A stretch of 64,000 nucleotides of DNA from assembly GCA_030704615.1 (NCBI GenBank), contig CM060732.1, positions 30,690,001 to 30,754,000 of the forward strand, in the 5' to 3' direction. The first letter of the stretch is position 1. The number at the start of each line of letters is the position of its first letter. Below the pieces are notes generated by a model. That model searched no databases, was not told the origin of the DNA, and saw only the letters and a list, made by a program, of their open reading frames with translations. This document shows, piece after piece, positions 1-12,561 of the stretch. The translations under genes and the position numbers were made by a program. The DNA is from Takakia lepidozioides. Lineage: Eukaryota > Plantae > Bryophyta.

Positions 1-202
1 GGATCTCCAATTCAAATAATCACTCCACGTTGACTTGTGTGGTGGCAATGTGCCACACTATCTGCTTCCCATGAACATTCTAACGTTCCTACCTCTCTCT
101 CTCTCAACAAACAACAATGCTTAATTCGAGTTTGATCTCAGGCATCAAATAGTGTCTCATACCGACTAACTGTGAGCTTTGGTGACCTGTTGGGTATTGC
201 AG

Positions 203-802
203 TCAACTTCTGTCGGACAAGAGGCAGGAGGCCAGTGGCCAGTGTTGGTGATTGTTCAGAACCCAGGAAAATCCAGCTTTGGCTTCAAGGATGACTTGCA
301 TTCATCAGAAAATCTACAAACTGCATACAGCATTCCAGCAAGTCTGCAACAATCATCCGTTCTCTCATCGCCACCCCCAAGAACTCCCCAAGGGTCTGAC
401 CCATCCTGTTCTCTGGTGGAAAACTTGGAGCTTCTCACTACTGCTCCACAACCATCCTGCAAAGGCTTCCAGCAACGCCCTCCTGGTCCTTTGCACGGTC
501 CCTCCGTTTTCAACCGTTGTGACGTCGGCAGTGTAGGTGGACGTGCCACCCTGAAGGAGAGTGCCATTTCTGCTGCCAGGGATTGGGGTTGGAATATGGA
601 AGGGGACCAAGATTTTGGCAGGGCGGAAGGTTACACTGCATTGAAGGTTGACGAGGTAGTGGTTGATGTCAGGGATTTTCAGGCCTCTGCTTCAGTTCCC
701 TTGGGCATGAAGAACTGCGATCCTGCCTTTTCACAACATTCGTCCTTGCGTGGCTACTCTGCTACATCTAAAATCTTCTCGCAATCCCTTCTCCCTAAGT
801 AG
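203..802 (+). CDS. Possible terminal coding exon of an upstream gene (S/P/Q-rich, unknown product)
   Basis: About 200 open codons follow a plausible acceptor (TATTGCAG ending at 202) and end in TAG. No recognisable domain. Confidence 0.25.
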   Translation, partial: STSVGQEAGGQWPVLVIVQNPGKSSFGFKDDLHSSENLQTAYSIPASLQQSSVLSSPPPRTPQGSDPSCSLVENLELLTTAPQPSCKGFQQRPPGPLHGPSVFNRCDVGSVGGRATLKESAISAARDWGWNMEGDQDFGRAEGYTALKVDEVVVDVRDFQASASVPLGMKNCDPAFSQHSSLRGYSATSKIFSQSLLPK

Positions 803-2244
803 CACTGTATGAACTCAGCAAGAGCATTCCGTACCGTAGCCGTTGGTGTCAGTCACGATACAAATTCTTTTCTGTAGTTCCTCTGTCCCTAAGCCCTTCT
901 GCGGTCCCGTGGGGTGGCCATGGCCACGTAGATTGTTCATTTTTTACCACTCACACTGGGGACAATCTCCTGCTACACGCATCTGCCTGCTCCTCATTTA
1001 TAATCAAATGTACACTACGAAGACGTGCATACAAATCAAATCATCGCAAAACGATTTGCAGGAATTATCCATAACTCGCCTGAGAAGTGTTGAGCTCACG
1101 TGTGTGGCGTGGTGCATCGTGTTGGTGTCGTCCGAAAAAGATGCAGTGCAAATGAGTGCATGTTATGATGTGGGTTGGTTTGTTGGGTGGAGTGTAGGGT
1201 GGTGACGGTGAGATGGGGAGGAGGTCGGGATTTGTGTAGCTGGCTGGGCAGTGTGTTTTCCGGATTATCTTGGTATCTTGGTAGTTCGTAGTGAAACAAG
1301 TTCGTAGTCGTATGCAGGAGATGCATTCATGCAGTTATAGATCTGGAGACTACGACTACGTCCCAGAGCTGATATGGCAGAAAATCTAACCAAGGACATG
1401 GAGCTGGATTTGGACTTGCTGGGACTTCCAGCGCTGTGCATCTCCTTCGTCCGTTAATGCATGTTCATCAGTACCCGAGGGACGTTGGGGTCGCCGGCAG
1501 TTCTCGTCTCACCGACCCGGATGAGGGATTGACAGATGGTCAGGATGAACATTCCGTGATGATTTCTAATGGCCCTGTCGGAGATAAATTTGTGCCGACT
1601 CTCCGAAGAAGTCATTCATGTCCGCGGATTCGACCAAGTCAACGGCGCAATGCCAGATTCCGGCTATGGCCCTGGAGGACTCGACAAATGAAGTCAGGGT
1701 GAATAACCCACGAATTCTGGCAAGCGTCTCTCCGGAGTGTGAGGGCTGGAGAACTCGGATATTGCACAGGAGAAAGGTAACCAGACTCAATCTGATCAAA
1801 CACCCTCTCGTGATCTCACTGACGATTGAATTCTGGTCTTCTCAAGATGTTATAGATGAGATGGACAAATTGGTGCAGATCGACAACAATGTTTTTCATG
1901 GCAACCTTACCAAATGTACCATACAACTTTACCTCCCAGTTGCAGCGAGTGGAGCGGCTTTGATGCAGAATATTCAAGCTTCATCGAAGTAACTGTTGTT
2001 CAAAACAATCTAGCGACAAGTGATCGTGAGTAGATCAGTAAATAGATTGCATTCATAGAGTTTGCTCATAACACACAGATACATTTGTTGTTTTCTCCGA
2101 ATCAATACGAAAAACATGGCCGTGTAGTTGATGTAGTTGATATACGGTGTTAATTTGCCAGCACCTGCCTTTAGCCGCATATTGGGTAATCTAATCGACC
2201 TCCGAATAAGGCCGAAGAACCCTCAAGTGCTTTAACGTATGTAG

Positions 2245-2620
2245 CAGTGTTGGGCGGGTATGACAATTTGGAAGGGTCCGGGTAAGGCATCTTTGTTTAA
2301 ATCGGTATAGAGGCGGTTATATATAATGTAGGGGTTTGGAAAATGTGGCAGATAGAGGTTATCAATAGAAGTGTCCCCCAAAAAAAGTTAGAATTGGTTC
2401 ATAAAAGGGTAAAAAAGAAAGGACCCATGTGGCTACATAATTACTACCCATGAATGCAGCCAGGTTCTAATAAATCTCAACATATTGTTCAGAGTTACTA
2501 CCGGTCTGATTTCCAAGGTTCAAGTCCGGTTCCATGTAATAAGCCAAGTTGGCCCCTACCGGTTCTAGCTTGGGCCGGGTAAGTGGCGAGATGGCCCTCG
2601 CCGGTTCTAACTCAAGCCGG
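2245..2620 (+). mobile_element. hAT-like DNA transposon terminus remnant
   Basis: Starts CAGTGTTGGGCGG, identical to the start of the element at 59278, and is followed by CCGGTT/CCGGGT subterminal-type repeats at 2500-2620. Confidence 0.35.
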
Positions 2621-3689
2621 GTCCACCAAAAATTTGGGTGGAGGGTCTCAATAGTATGATACCCTGGTTGATCTGGAATCTAGAGGTTGTTTTCACGAAC
2701 GCCAAGCTGGCTTTCGGCGAAACGGCCCTGTGTGGACCATATCTTCACTCTAAGCCAAATTATCCAGGGAAGGAAAAAAGAAGGGAAACCACTTAAGGTA
2801 GTAACACCTAAATGTATGCATTTAGTGAGTGTGGCTTACAGAGGAGGTGCACTGAGGAGATAATGGTACCATTGGATTAGCAATACAACAACCAAGGCCT
2901 CATATGAATTACAATTTTTTTGATGCAAGTGGCCATTTCATACGAATTATCAAAGTCTTGAATATACATTTGCCTATGTGTGTGCAGTAGACCCAACCAA
3001 AGCACACCCAAAATATATCTAATGCAACTACCTCACATGCACAAGTGCTGCATCTAAAAGCGTGCCCTCCTTAAGCCATTCATAACTTCGTGAGCACTTG
3101 CCCATGACTTGGCAACCATTATATTCTATAGTGGTATTCAATGTATGAAAAGTCAAACCATTGATGGTCTTAAAACTGACCACCAACGAAATCAAGTCTG
3201 GCCAAAGAGATTTGCCAATGTGTGCAAAGGCGGGCCTCAAAACTAACCACTCCAAATCAACTGTGACCAAAGACATCCTCAAAGCTGACTACTTTCCAAA
3301 TCCACTTTGACAAAAGAGATTCACAAAAGACATGATCGTCCAGTATTGAAACCAAAATCTGCCCCATAACTGCGCAGCCACTTTGTTTAAAGGAACCAGC
3401 CGTCGTCCAGTATTGAAAACAAAATATGCCATCTATGGTGGGATTGTTTGGTAGGTGATTAATTATGTGCAAATCGTGCTTAGTGTAATCTGCCAGCGTT
3501 AGTGATAACCATGCAATTATAAATACAGTAAGTACATGAATGCGTTGATACTGGGTCACCAAACTACCATATCTGTAGGCAATTATGGCCATTGGTGGTT
3601 CCTAAACAATCCAATGAAATCTGTTGATCCAGTCAAGGGCATCAGTTGTCACTTTTATGTACAAAAATGGGGCTCCATTCAAGGTCACA

Positions 3690-5398
3690 CACACATTTAG
3701 GTGTTACTACCTTATGTTTTTTCCTTGGATGTCAAAAAGGCTTATGACACAGTGTGGAGAGATGGTCTATGGCTCCGCCTCTGGTCTTGCGGAATCAAGG
3801 GAAAAACGTGGAGAGTTGTCCATAACTTGTATGCCCACACCAAAGCTGTGTCACTGTTAATGGACAGAAGTCTAACTTCTTTGACATAGACCAAGGTGTA
3901 GCTCAAGGATCTACGCTCTCCCCTCTGCTCTTCAATGTTTTCATCAATCAACTCCTCGAGGATGTGGAACGTGAGGGATTTGGGTTAAGGGTGGGTGATG
4001 CCACCATTCCAGCCCTTATGTTTGCGGATGACTTCGCAGGCATAGGGGAGACTCATTCCAACCTCCAGGAATTGATTGATTGCGCAAAGAGATACTTTGA
4101 TCTTTGGGGGCTAGAGGCTAATGTCAGTAAATGTGCAGTGGTGGCATTCAACGACAGAGGAGAGGGAGGAAGTGATCTTAAGTGGCAGTGGGGTAGCCAA
4201 GAGATCCCAGTCCTCCCTTCCTACACATACCTGGGCGTTGAGTTTTCCTCCAACTGTAACTGGGATGCACACATCCAGAAAGTTGTTCAAACTGGCAAGG
4301 GCAAAGCGCTGAGTCTCACTAAATTTTTTCACTGCAGAGGGATTAACTCTGAGGTCAAGAAAACCTTACTTTGCCGCGTTATTAGACCTGCCTTGGAGTA
4401 CGGATCTGCTATATGGGTTGATAACTCCAACCAGGCTAAGTCTCTAGAATCCATTCAAGTGGGGGTGCTTAAGGAGTGCATGTCAGCATGCTCCAAAACA
4501 GCCAATGTGGCTGTTCGGGGTGAGTTTGGCATCCCTTCCTTAAGCTCCCGACGAGATGAATTCAAAGGTCAGATGGTGGGGTCAGTTGCAACAAGTCCAA
4601 CACCAGATACCCTAAGTTAATCGACTCTATATCTTGGAAACAGGACCGCCCTGTCAAACAGGCTAAGTCATGGCAGAAGAGAGTAGAAGAGATTCTCAAG
4701 GATCTGAATCTGGACCCGCAAGTCTTGACCTTGCTGGATAAATCTGACTTAGAGACTGTAGTGTCCAAAGCCAAGTCTGTTACTAGCACATTGTCTGATG
4801 CAAATGAAGTTAGGCATAAAACTTCCCTGAACCTGTTTCCAGTCTGTGATATGGGAGAGGATATCATGGGTGACCTCAAGCGTCTACCCACTCTCGGCAC
4901 CAGACTGAAATTTAAACTCAGGGCAGGAAGCCTACCTTTGAACAGTAAACAGAAGCAGAGAGGAAAGGGAGAGTGCAATTGCCCGTTGTGTGGGCAACCC
5001 GAAGACAATATTCATTTTCTGATTCACTGTCCGGGGTACTCTCACCAGAGAGAAGCTCTCCTCCAATCTATCAAGAGAATTGTGCCTGTACCTCTGTTTA
5101 CCAACTTTGAAAGTCTCGAGGCTGAGCCAAAAGCCCAGGCCCTTCTGAGGCCTAGTTTTTGGGCAAATCACACACAGCAGATTGATGCTTGTGTGAAGGG
5201 ATTTCTAGAGGATATCTGGAAAACCGGAATTAATTCTATTTATAAAGGTAAGTCTTACTACCAATGTCAGCCCCTGACGGAGGTAGGTTCTGTCCCTTTG
5301 GTTTCCACTCAAACTGGGCGCGGGGTCAATGGCCACAAGGCTACGGCAAACAACGTCTTACGAGTACATTCTCTCTCTCTCCCTCTCTCTCTCTCTCT
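3690..5398 (+). mobile_element. 5'-truncated non-LTR retrotransposon (RTEX-like): RT, C-terminal CCHC, 3' stem-loop, (CT)n tail
   Basis: Motifs [46 protein letters not shown] and [20 protein letters not shown], with frameshifts. Ends TGGCC-ACAA-GGCTA...GAGTACATT(CT)n at 5330-5398. Confidence 0.85.
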
Positions 5399-5399
5399 G

Positions 5400-5530
5400 A
5401 CAAGCATACACAAAAAATAGTGCAATCTGGCAAGCAAAGCGGTGGGTCTCACTAAATTTCTCCACTGCAGAGGGATCAACTCTGAAGTAAAAAACCACGG
5501 TTTGCTGTTTCATTAGGCCTACCTTGGTGT
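5400..5530 (+). mobile_element. Fragment of a diverged copy of the same LINE family, directly after the (CT)n tail
   Basis: Aligns by eye to 4270-4400 (CTCACTAAATTT..CACTGCAGAGGGAT.AACTCTGA.GT..ATTAG.CCT.CCTTGG). Confidence 0.7.
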
Positions 5531-5849
5531 TCAAGTTGCTCATGCCTATGCCGTCCTGCAAGTAACTTTATAATGGTACATGGAACCTGCAGGGTGTGTG
5601 CATTACCACCCAACAGGCATTTGGAGAGAGAGATGTTCACAGGACATGTTTTAGGAGGAGCCATACAATGATGAATGAACTACCTGATCATATTGAAACC
5701 ATGTGTGCCAGAATGCCTTTTACAATCTGAAACTCTGCAAATTTGCACATTTCAAAGCCATGCAGATAATCTATCAGAAGGGTAACACCCGTTTGTTGTC
5801 ATACAATATCAAATCTAGATGGCACATGGAAGTTGGCAAAAATTCTCAA

Positions 5850-8186
5850 TCACAAGCATTGACACCATTCTTCTGGTATGGCAGCATCATTGCACGTTCT
5901 CTCTTCTGCCACTTCATTGTGCAACAGATCGGTCCCATTTGCGGTGACCCAACGGCTGCTAGCAATGTCTGCCCAGCTTGCCCTCTCCTTCGGCGTCAAA
6001 CCTGCCATACGGATGCCTTGTAATGTTTGGTAGACATCCAGACCACTTACCATCCTCTGTTGATTTATGGTCATAGTGTCATGGCGGTTGTCTTGGTCCA
6101 CAAACCAGGGAGGTAACATGATCGCCATGAATGGGTTTTTGTGCTCGACAGCGCCATTCTGAGTGACACCAAAATTGAGGCCCATGTGCAACCCATGGTC
6201 AGCAGCAATGACCACCGCAGTGTGATTCCATTTCGCCCGAGCTGCCAAGCTGTTCAAATAGTCTGCCAATCCATCATCTAAGTTTCGAAGGACTTCCGTG
6301 GTTCCTTCATGACCTTCCAGGAACCAAGCTAATGAGAACTTAGCATGGTCTGCATAAGCATCTTCAAAGGACTTCAAGTAGCGTAGCTCGTGTTCGTGCA
6401 CCTGTTCACCCTTGAGGCATCGAGCAGTAATGGAATATGGCCCTTTGAAGTTACCAAACGGGTTTACATCTTCCGCAAAAAAATCAGAATGACAGAATGG
6501 CGACAGAAGCTCGTGGTCAAAACTGGGTTGGTTGTATGTACTTGACTTTTTGCTCATATAAGCAGCAGCCAAATCCTGGCAAGTGTCTGCTGTATACATG
6601 GTCACCCAACCAGATGTTGCATAATCTTCCCAAACCGGCGGGGCCACTTCTGTTTTATTGTCTACCGGCTCAACGATCCCTTCAAACATAGCTCGGACAT
6701 TCGGTGCAGTGCAAAATTCCACAATACTGTATCGGAAAAATTGGTACAATCTGGTCAACCCTTTGGCATCAGCTTCCTCTAATGCTGCAACTGTGCGGCG
6801 GAGGCGTCGATGAAAACCACGGCGGCTTAATGCATCAATGAAAATGAAGACAACATCAAGTTTCTTTGCATGTTCACTTGTTTCTGCACCCATACCATCA
6901 CTTGCACCGTTACCCTGGGGTGCCAGCTCAGCTTTCATCCTATTCAAAGCATTTAGATTTGGACGGACCTGTGTCACGAGCCTCTCAGCATCACCACATC
7001 GGACCATTACAGCCTCAATCCCATCCGCAAGCTGCAAAATCGTTGGCTCTTTCCCAACCTCATATGGAATTTCTCCTGCCTCACGTACCTTGTCCATGAC
7101 ATTCTTATTGAAAGGCCTTTCAAGCAGGCCCACATAATCCTCCTCCACAAGCTTGTCACCTTTGGGCCAATCGACTGTGGATGGAAGAGGGGTGTAAGTC
7201 TTCATGCCTTCACCAGCAGCGTTGCAGCTTATTGAAAGAGCGCCATCCATTGTTAAGTTGATAAAGAAGCCCAGTGCATGAACCTTTGCAATCTCCAGTT
7301 CTGAATTCCCCCCGCAAGTGAAAGTACTTGCCCAAAAGTTTTGGCTGCCTTCAGGATAGATGTCCACCCATGCCAGTCCCCGGTTGACAGGTGTGCACAC
7401 ACTAGTATCATCCTTGATTAAAGGCAGCATACGCTCACCACGAAATCCTTGGTCCCACACTGCACTTGCGTTACGGAGAGAAACAATGATACAAATAGCA
7501 CCCACCACAATGAAGGGGAGATGCACCAGAATGAGCTTCCTTGTTCCAATGATGCGCCACGCACAATACTCAACCATTCCAACAACCACTGCGGGAACAA
7601 CAAAGACGACAAACATGAGCATGTTGTACGCACCATGGTGCTGGAGGCTCCCGCCATGGTCATAGAGGAACATGAGTTGCCATGTGGTGATGATGAACCC
7701 CACCAATATGGCACGCACACCGGGACCGGGGATGTTGGCATCGAACATCGCAATGTAGATCGCTGCAAGGAAGCATGCCATTCCCAAGAAAAGACACGTC
7801 GCTATGCGGCCCAATTGGTGGATTACAGTGCGCAAGTCGCCCCCGACAAGCGACCCCCAGTACAAACTGACCCATAACACCGTCAGGATCGGGACAGCAA
7901 CTACCGGATTATAATACGAGGTCCTGCTGCTAGCACCGAATTTACTCACACCCACCTTGCCTTGCCGTTTCTGAATACCACTGCTAAAAGTGCTGATGAG
8001 AGGTTCTGACTGTTCAACGCAATCATGGTCATCATCTCCTCGTTTCCAAGAACTCTTACGCTGCAACTGGTACTTGTCCAAATTTGAGATCTTGCGAATC
8101 AAAGTCAGCAGTCCTGAGCCCCATTTTGGTGAGAGATCCTTCCACCTCTTTTTCCCTCGCCATTCCTCATCAAGGACTAACATCAT
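5850..8186 (-). CDS. Membrane-anchored DUF229-like alkaline phosphatase/sulfatase-superfamily protein, single coding exon (~778 aa)
   Basis: Uninterrupted ORF with several N-terminal hydrophobic helices. Motifs VVFIFIDALSRRGFHRRL, CTAPN, FLEGHE, VIAADHGLH, EHKNPF, NQQRMVSGLDVYQTL, RTCNDAAIPEEWCQC. An in-frame TGA lies just upstream of the GTG, so the first ATG is at 8186. Confidence 0.85.
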   Translation of the reverse strand: MMLVLDEEWRGKKRWKDLSPKWGSGLLTLIRKISNLDKYQLQRKSSWKRGDDDHDCVEQSEPLISTFSSGIQKRQGKVGVSKFGASSRTSYYNPVVAVPILTVLWVSLYWGSLVGGDLRTVIHQLGRIATCLFLGMACFLAAIYIAMFDANIPGPGVRAILVGFIITTWQLMFLYDHGGSLQHHGAYNMLMFVVFVVPAVVVGMVEYCAWRIIGTRKLILVHLPFIVVGAICIIVSLRNASAVWDQGFRGERMLPLIKDDTSVCTPVNRGLAWVDIYPEGSQNFWASTFTCGGNSELEIAKVHALGFFINLTMDGALSISCNAAGEGMKTYTPLPSTVDWPKGDKLVEEDYVGLLERPFNKNVMDKVREAGEIPYEVGKEPTILQLADGIEAVMVRCGDAERLVTQVRPNLNALNRMKAELAPQGNGASDGMGAETSEHAKKLDVVFIFIDALSRRGFHRRLRRTVAALEEADAKGLTRLYQFFRYSIVEFCTAPNVRAMFEGIVEPVDNKTEVAPPVWEDYATSGWVTMYTADTCQDLAAAYMSKKSSTYNQPSFDHELLSPFCHSDFFAEDVNPFGNFKGPYSITARCLKGEQVHEHELRYLKSFEDAYADHAKFSLAWFLEGHEGTTEVLRNLDDGLADYLNSLAARAKWNHTAVVIAADHGLHMGLNFGVTQNGAVEHKNPFMAIMLPPWFVDQDNRHDTMTINQQRMVSGLDVYQTLQGIRMAGLTPKERASWADIASSRWVTANGTDLLHNEVAEERTCNDAAIPEEWCQCL

Positions 8187-11100
8187 ATCATCCACTCATC
8201 CCGAATGTGACCTGACTCTAACAGCCTGGAAGCTAGCAAAGCGCCCAGGGAGGGCCCAATGTAGATGTTCCTGAAAGCAACCCCGTTAGTGTCATCAAAA
8301 AGTACATACTGCAATCCTGACAATGTTTGTACATCTGTCCACCTTCACCAAAGAGGACATCAAATTGCAGAATTTATTCCGCACTAGTAATTCTGGGAAT
8401 ACAATATTCTCGAGAGGAAATTCAACAAGTCCTCATTAGCCAAAAGTACGTGTGTGGAACTTTGTGGAATCATAACAGGGCACTGCAAGTTCAAGAAAAC
8501 TAGGGGGAGGAGCATAGAGAAGGAGCTAGACAGAAGACAGAGTCTCGGGCTTAGAGCATAGTTATGTCAAGGGTGAAGAAACCTTAACATAACTATTTTG
8601 TTGATGTGAGCAGATGAGGCTGGTGTCCAGTGTGCAATACACTAATTGACCCTGAAAACATTTCCAATTGCGTGGGACTCTCCTCAAAGCTAGACAACTC
8701 CGAGTCTTGAGAAAATACAACTGACCATAAATATGTTCCCAGACAATTGAAACCGCGACTGTCTCGGGGAGGACCCTTCAATATAGATCACACCACACAT
8801 GATAAAAGCCTGCACTGCACCATCGGGCTGTGATATCAGCAAATACGGATATGGAAAGAAGCCGCTTGCCATTTCTGTGGTCCACACATGACCATCCAAC
8901 CAATTCAAGGGCATTGCTGCACTTAACACCCAAGCGTCATCAATACTCTAAAAGTGGTGCTAGAGTGACATTCTCTTTGCAACTCAACAGTAACCTTCAC
9001 AGTACAACCTGATTCACAAAATCAGATAGTTAAGCACATTACATCCCGTCACAACAGGTCAGTTAGCACACATCAGAGGCGGTGGGTCTCTCTTTTGACA
9101 CCTCCAAGGATCCAACAGACACTAATAGAGTGAAACTACAACATGTCAGACAGGCAACCAGAACATGCCCGTAATGTTGGTGATAATAGTTCAAAGATAG
9201 CAGTCACTTACTGTGAGTTCTGGGTGCAGAATGTGCCAATCCGAGTTTTTTTCTACACAAGCATTTCTAGGAACACCTCATTTAGTTTGTTGTGCACCCC
9301 TTGAGGTAATATGCAGGTCGATGTTGATGTTTTAGATAGGCATCTTCGGGGAAAAAAAAAACCCACAAAGATGTACATTGAACAAGATTACTTTCCGTTA
9401 AGTCACTCTCAGCATTCGATTAATGTACAGGAACATTCAAAATACGGGCAGAGAGTGAATGATTGTACCGTCAAACAGTTGGGGTTGTTCCAAGCTTTGT
9501 TGAAGTGGTCAAGGTTGGAAACAACAAATCCACCACAAAAGCAAATGACTGACCTTTCAGATCGCTTGGACCTGAGTAAGAACATATTGCTTCTTCGCAG
9601 CTTTCAAATGCAGGGAACGTGTTGCACAGCTTCTGAGGCAGTTCGGATAAGTATACCAAATTGCATTCCGTTACAAATCCTCGAAGAAGTCAAATCAATT
9701 GCGGCTAGAAATACCTGACAAGCAATCTACGAGTTGACCTGATAAACCGGACAATCACGATATCAAAGCTCTAACTACATCTACATAGTCCTTGACCAAC
9801 TAACACCACAGTGCTAAAGCTCCCTTCACCAGTGCCCTGTGGTGCAAATCCAGAAAGCAGTAGAAGACAGAGAAGGAGGAAGGGGGAGAACGCAAGAGAG
9901 GGAAGAAAGAGAATCACGGACAAGAAAGCGGGAGCCTAAGGGAGCCCAAGAAGGTCACAACAGCATTCATTTGATTTATTTGCTCACTATCTAATCCTTT
10001 GGAGTCGTAGGATCCTTGTAACCCGACCCGATCGTCTTCGAACCCATCGCGTTTACTAGATCCGCGACGACATACTCCCCCTCGGTGATTACAACAACGG
10101 TCGGAGAAGGAAAGGATCCCCCCTCCCCATTCCTATTCCACGGACTCAACAGGACAACCTCTGTACACATCTATGTAAACAGGATGATGAGGAAGTTTCG
10201 CATTGAAACGCACAAGAGATGTACCCAACAACGACTCAGAATCGTGATGCTCCTCTATAACAAAGTGAATGAAAGACATGAATCCGGGGAAGCTACTAGC
10301 AATCACATAAGTTGAACATATAATAAACACCTTGATTCCAACAGTTCCTGCTGCCGGCACTAAGCATGTGGGAGTGGTGATGTACAAGCCCCACATACAT
10401 ACATCAGCTGCAAAGTATTCAGTGAGATAGATATGAAAACGAAGTGTGCAAGCGACAGTGCAGAGAAGCGATAACTTACTGAATGTGAGTAAGATCCGAC
10501 ACAGCACCATCTGAAGCTTGGTGGGTGCGGGCAGGTTGAAGCAGGAGCTTGGTGGGATTGGATGGAGATTGAAATCCGGGAGTCGGACGAGGGAGAGGGA
10601 TCGGGATTGAGAGGCGCATTGTGATGGTCGTCATCAAGATTCTAGATTCATTGGGCTGCAAAGGAAATAGACAGTCAGTCAGACGTGTCGTCACTCGCAA
10701 GGTTGAATATTCACTGTGGACAGAATGGCAGGGCCCACATGAAGGCAACAAGTTGGCAAGGAATAGTTGGCCAGTCATCAAATATAGGATGCCATGTAGA
10801 CTGTGATCCACACACCCTGCCTTGATTCACGCTTCACCAGTTCCCTACGGTGGGAAAACAAGCAGCTAATCAAGTAGCTAGGACAGTCCAAGTGTCCGCC
10901 CGCGTGGACAGTCCTAGCTATGTACCCGGTGGGGGGTGGTCAAGGTGGCAGCAGCCCGTCTCCCTATCCCCGCGGCCGCCATGGCCTTCTTTCTCTCATC
11001 GCTTCCTGCGATTGCCCTCTCTGCTCGAGCTTGTTTATGATTTCCTGCGTTTTGCACATTTCTACCTTGCATTTTTCTGCTTTAGGGTAGCATGGCGAGC

Positions 11101-11522
11101 TCTGAAATGTGGCAGATGTGCGCCGGGTTTGCAGTGAGAAGCTGCGGTGTTGAGCCGATTGTTGGCCACTTGTTGTATACTTCCTTGCTTTAGCGATGGT
11201 GCAGGTCCTTCATACTCAGCGACGGCGCTGAGTCTCGCGAGTCACTACTTAGTCGTCTTCGCTGCACTGCCCTGGCAGCATTGTCTGCACGATAAGGCCT
11301 CTGAATTTTGTGTGGCCTCGTCGTAATGAGGCGCCACCATGGAGAGAGGGGACAAGGACCTGACGCGGGTCCCACTACAATTAAACCATCACTATTACCA
11401 TGTTTCTCTTATATATATAAAAAAGGACAGTTTGTCGGCCAGGTTGGAGGTTGTGGTCTGGTGGTAGGTGGTAGGTCGATGGTGACATAGCGATGCACGT
11501 CCCGGTGGTTGGCGCTGACTAT

Positions 11523-11628
11523 AACTACCTCCATGGAGGTAGTTTGTAACTACTCTCATGCAGGTAGTTCAGCTTGGTTTTGCAACCTTCATGTAGAAAA
11601 TCCTAAAACTACCTACATGGAGGTAGTT
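11523..11628. repeat. Three copies of a 22-bp palindrome AACTACCTCCATGGAGGTAGTT
   Basis: Perfect palindrome at 11523-11544; variants at 11548-11569 and 11607-11628. Confidence 0.85.
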
Positions 11629-11814
11629 GTAAATTTCATACATAAGCCAAAGAAATTCTAAGTCCTCAAGGCACGAAGGTAGTTTGCTCCTATGTCAACG
11701 AGACGGTGGGCCCCATCACCCGAGCATCCTCATTACCACGAGGCCACACAAAATTCACAGCCCAAATGCCAAATTCACAACTGACAATAAGGGACACTTC
11801 ATAACATTTTATAA

Positions 11815-12561
11815 GGGCCAACTTCCATGTCTCGGCCGTCCTGGCCAAGTTATCCAAAGTTGACCAACGTCGGTGGATCATGGCCGACTGGTGGGATGGA
11901 TTGCTTTCATGTGCATAGGGTTCAAGAGGAATTGGGCAGTAGTAGGTCTCCCTCTTTGTCCAAGGCGCTGGGACCAATTGAGCCTGTCAAATTGTGGATC
12001 CCGCAAGCAAAGAGATAGGATCAGTGTTTTTCTTTCTGGCGAAACATCGCCAAATTTCGACCTGGAAACTGCATCAGCTACTTGTACAAAGGAATTATGG
12101 GGGATAAAATCTGACTTTTTCGCCAAAAAGCAGCAGCAGATAAATTTCAGGGGCCTAATCTTGCCGACGTGGACCAATCAAAACGTGACACCTGGAATAT
12201 AGCCATTTTTCTAACTATGCTAGATTGTTGCCACATGGGCACTGGGTAGAATTCACAGGTGGCCCCGCCAGCGATTTGAGAAATATGAAAAAAAAAAAAA
12301 AAAAAAAAACACTGGTTGGGATGGCAAGCAATGTGCACAAAGGTGACCTTCACAGCAAGTAGAAGAGACATGGTAACCTAGTGCAGCAGGTCAAAAGCGA
12401 TTACCTAAATAGGCCATGAACTCTGGCGCCAAATTCCCAGGTATTGCGGTCACCGATGTTGGTCACCAATATCTGGGCGTCCGCGAAATTTAACGCATGA
12501 AAGAAGGGTGTCATTTTTGTCATATAGTGCCAACTTGGCCTAGCCGAGACATGAAAGTCCC
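11815..12561. mobile_element. PIF/Harbinger (Tourist-like) MITE
   Basis: Imperfect TIRs GGG..CTT(C/T)CATGTCTCGGC..GGCCAAGTT at both ends, TAA on both flanks (11812-11814, 12562-12564), no coding capacity. Confidence 0.7.

Noticed and set aside
1340-3600. Short ORFs (e.g. 1618-1992, 3257-3592) as genes
   Set aside because: No recognisable motifs or consistent exon chain; likely decayed TE or intergenic sequence.
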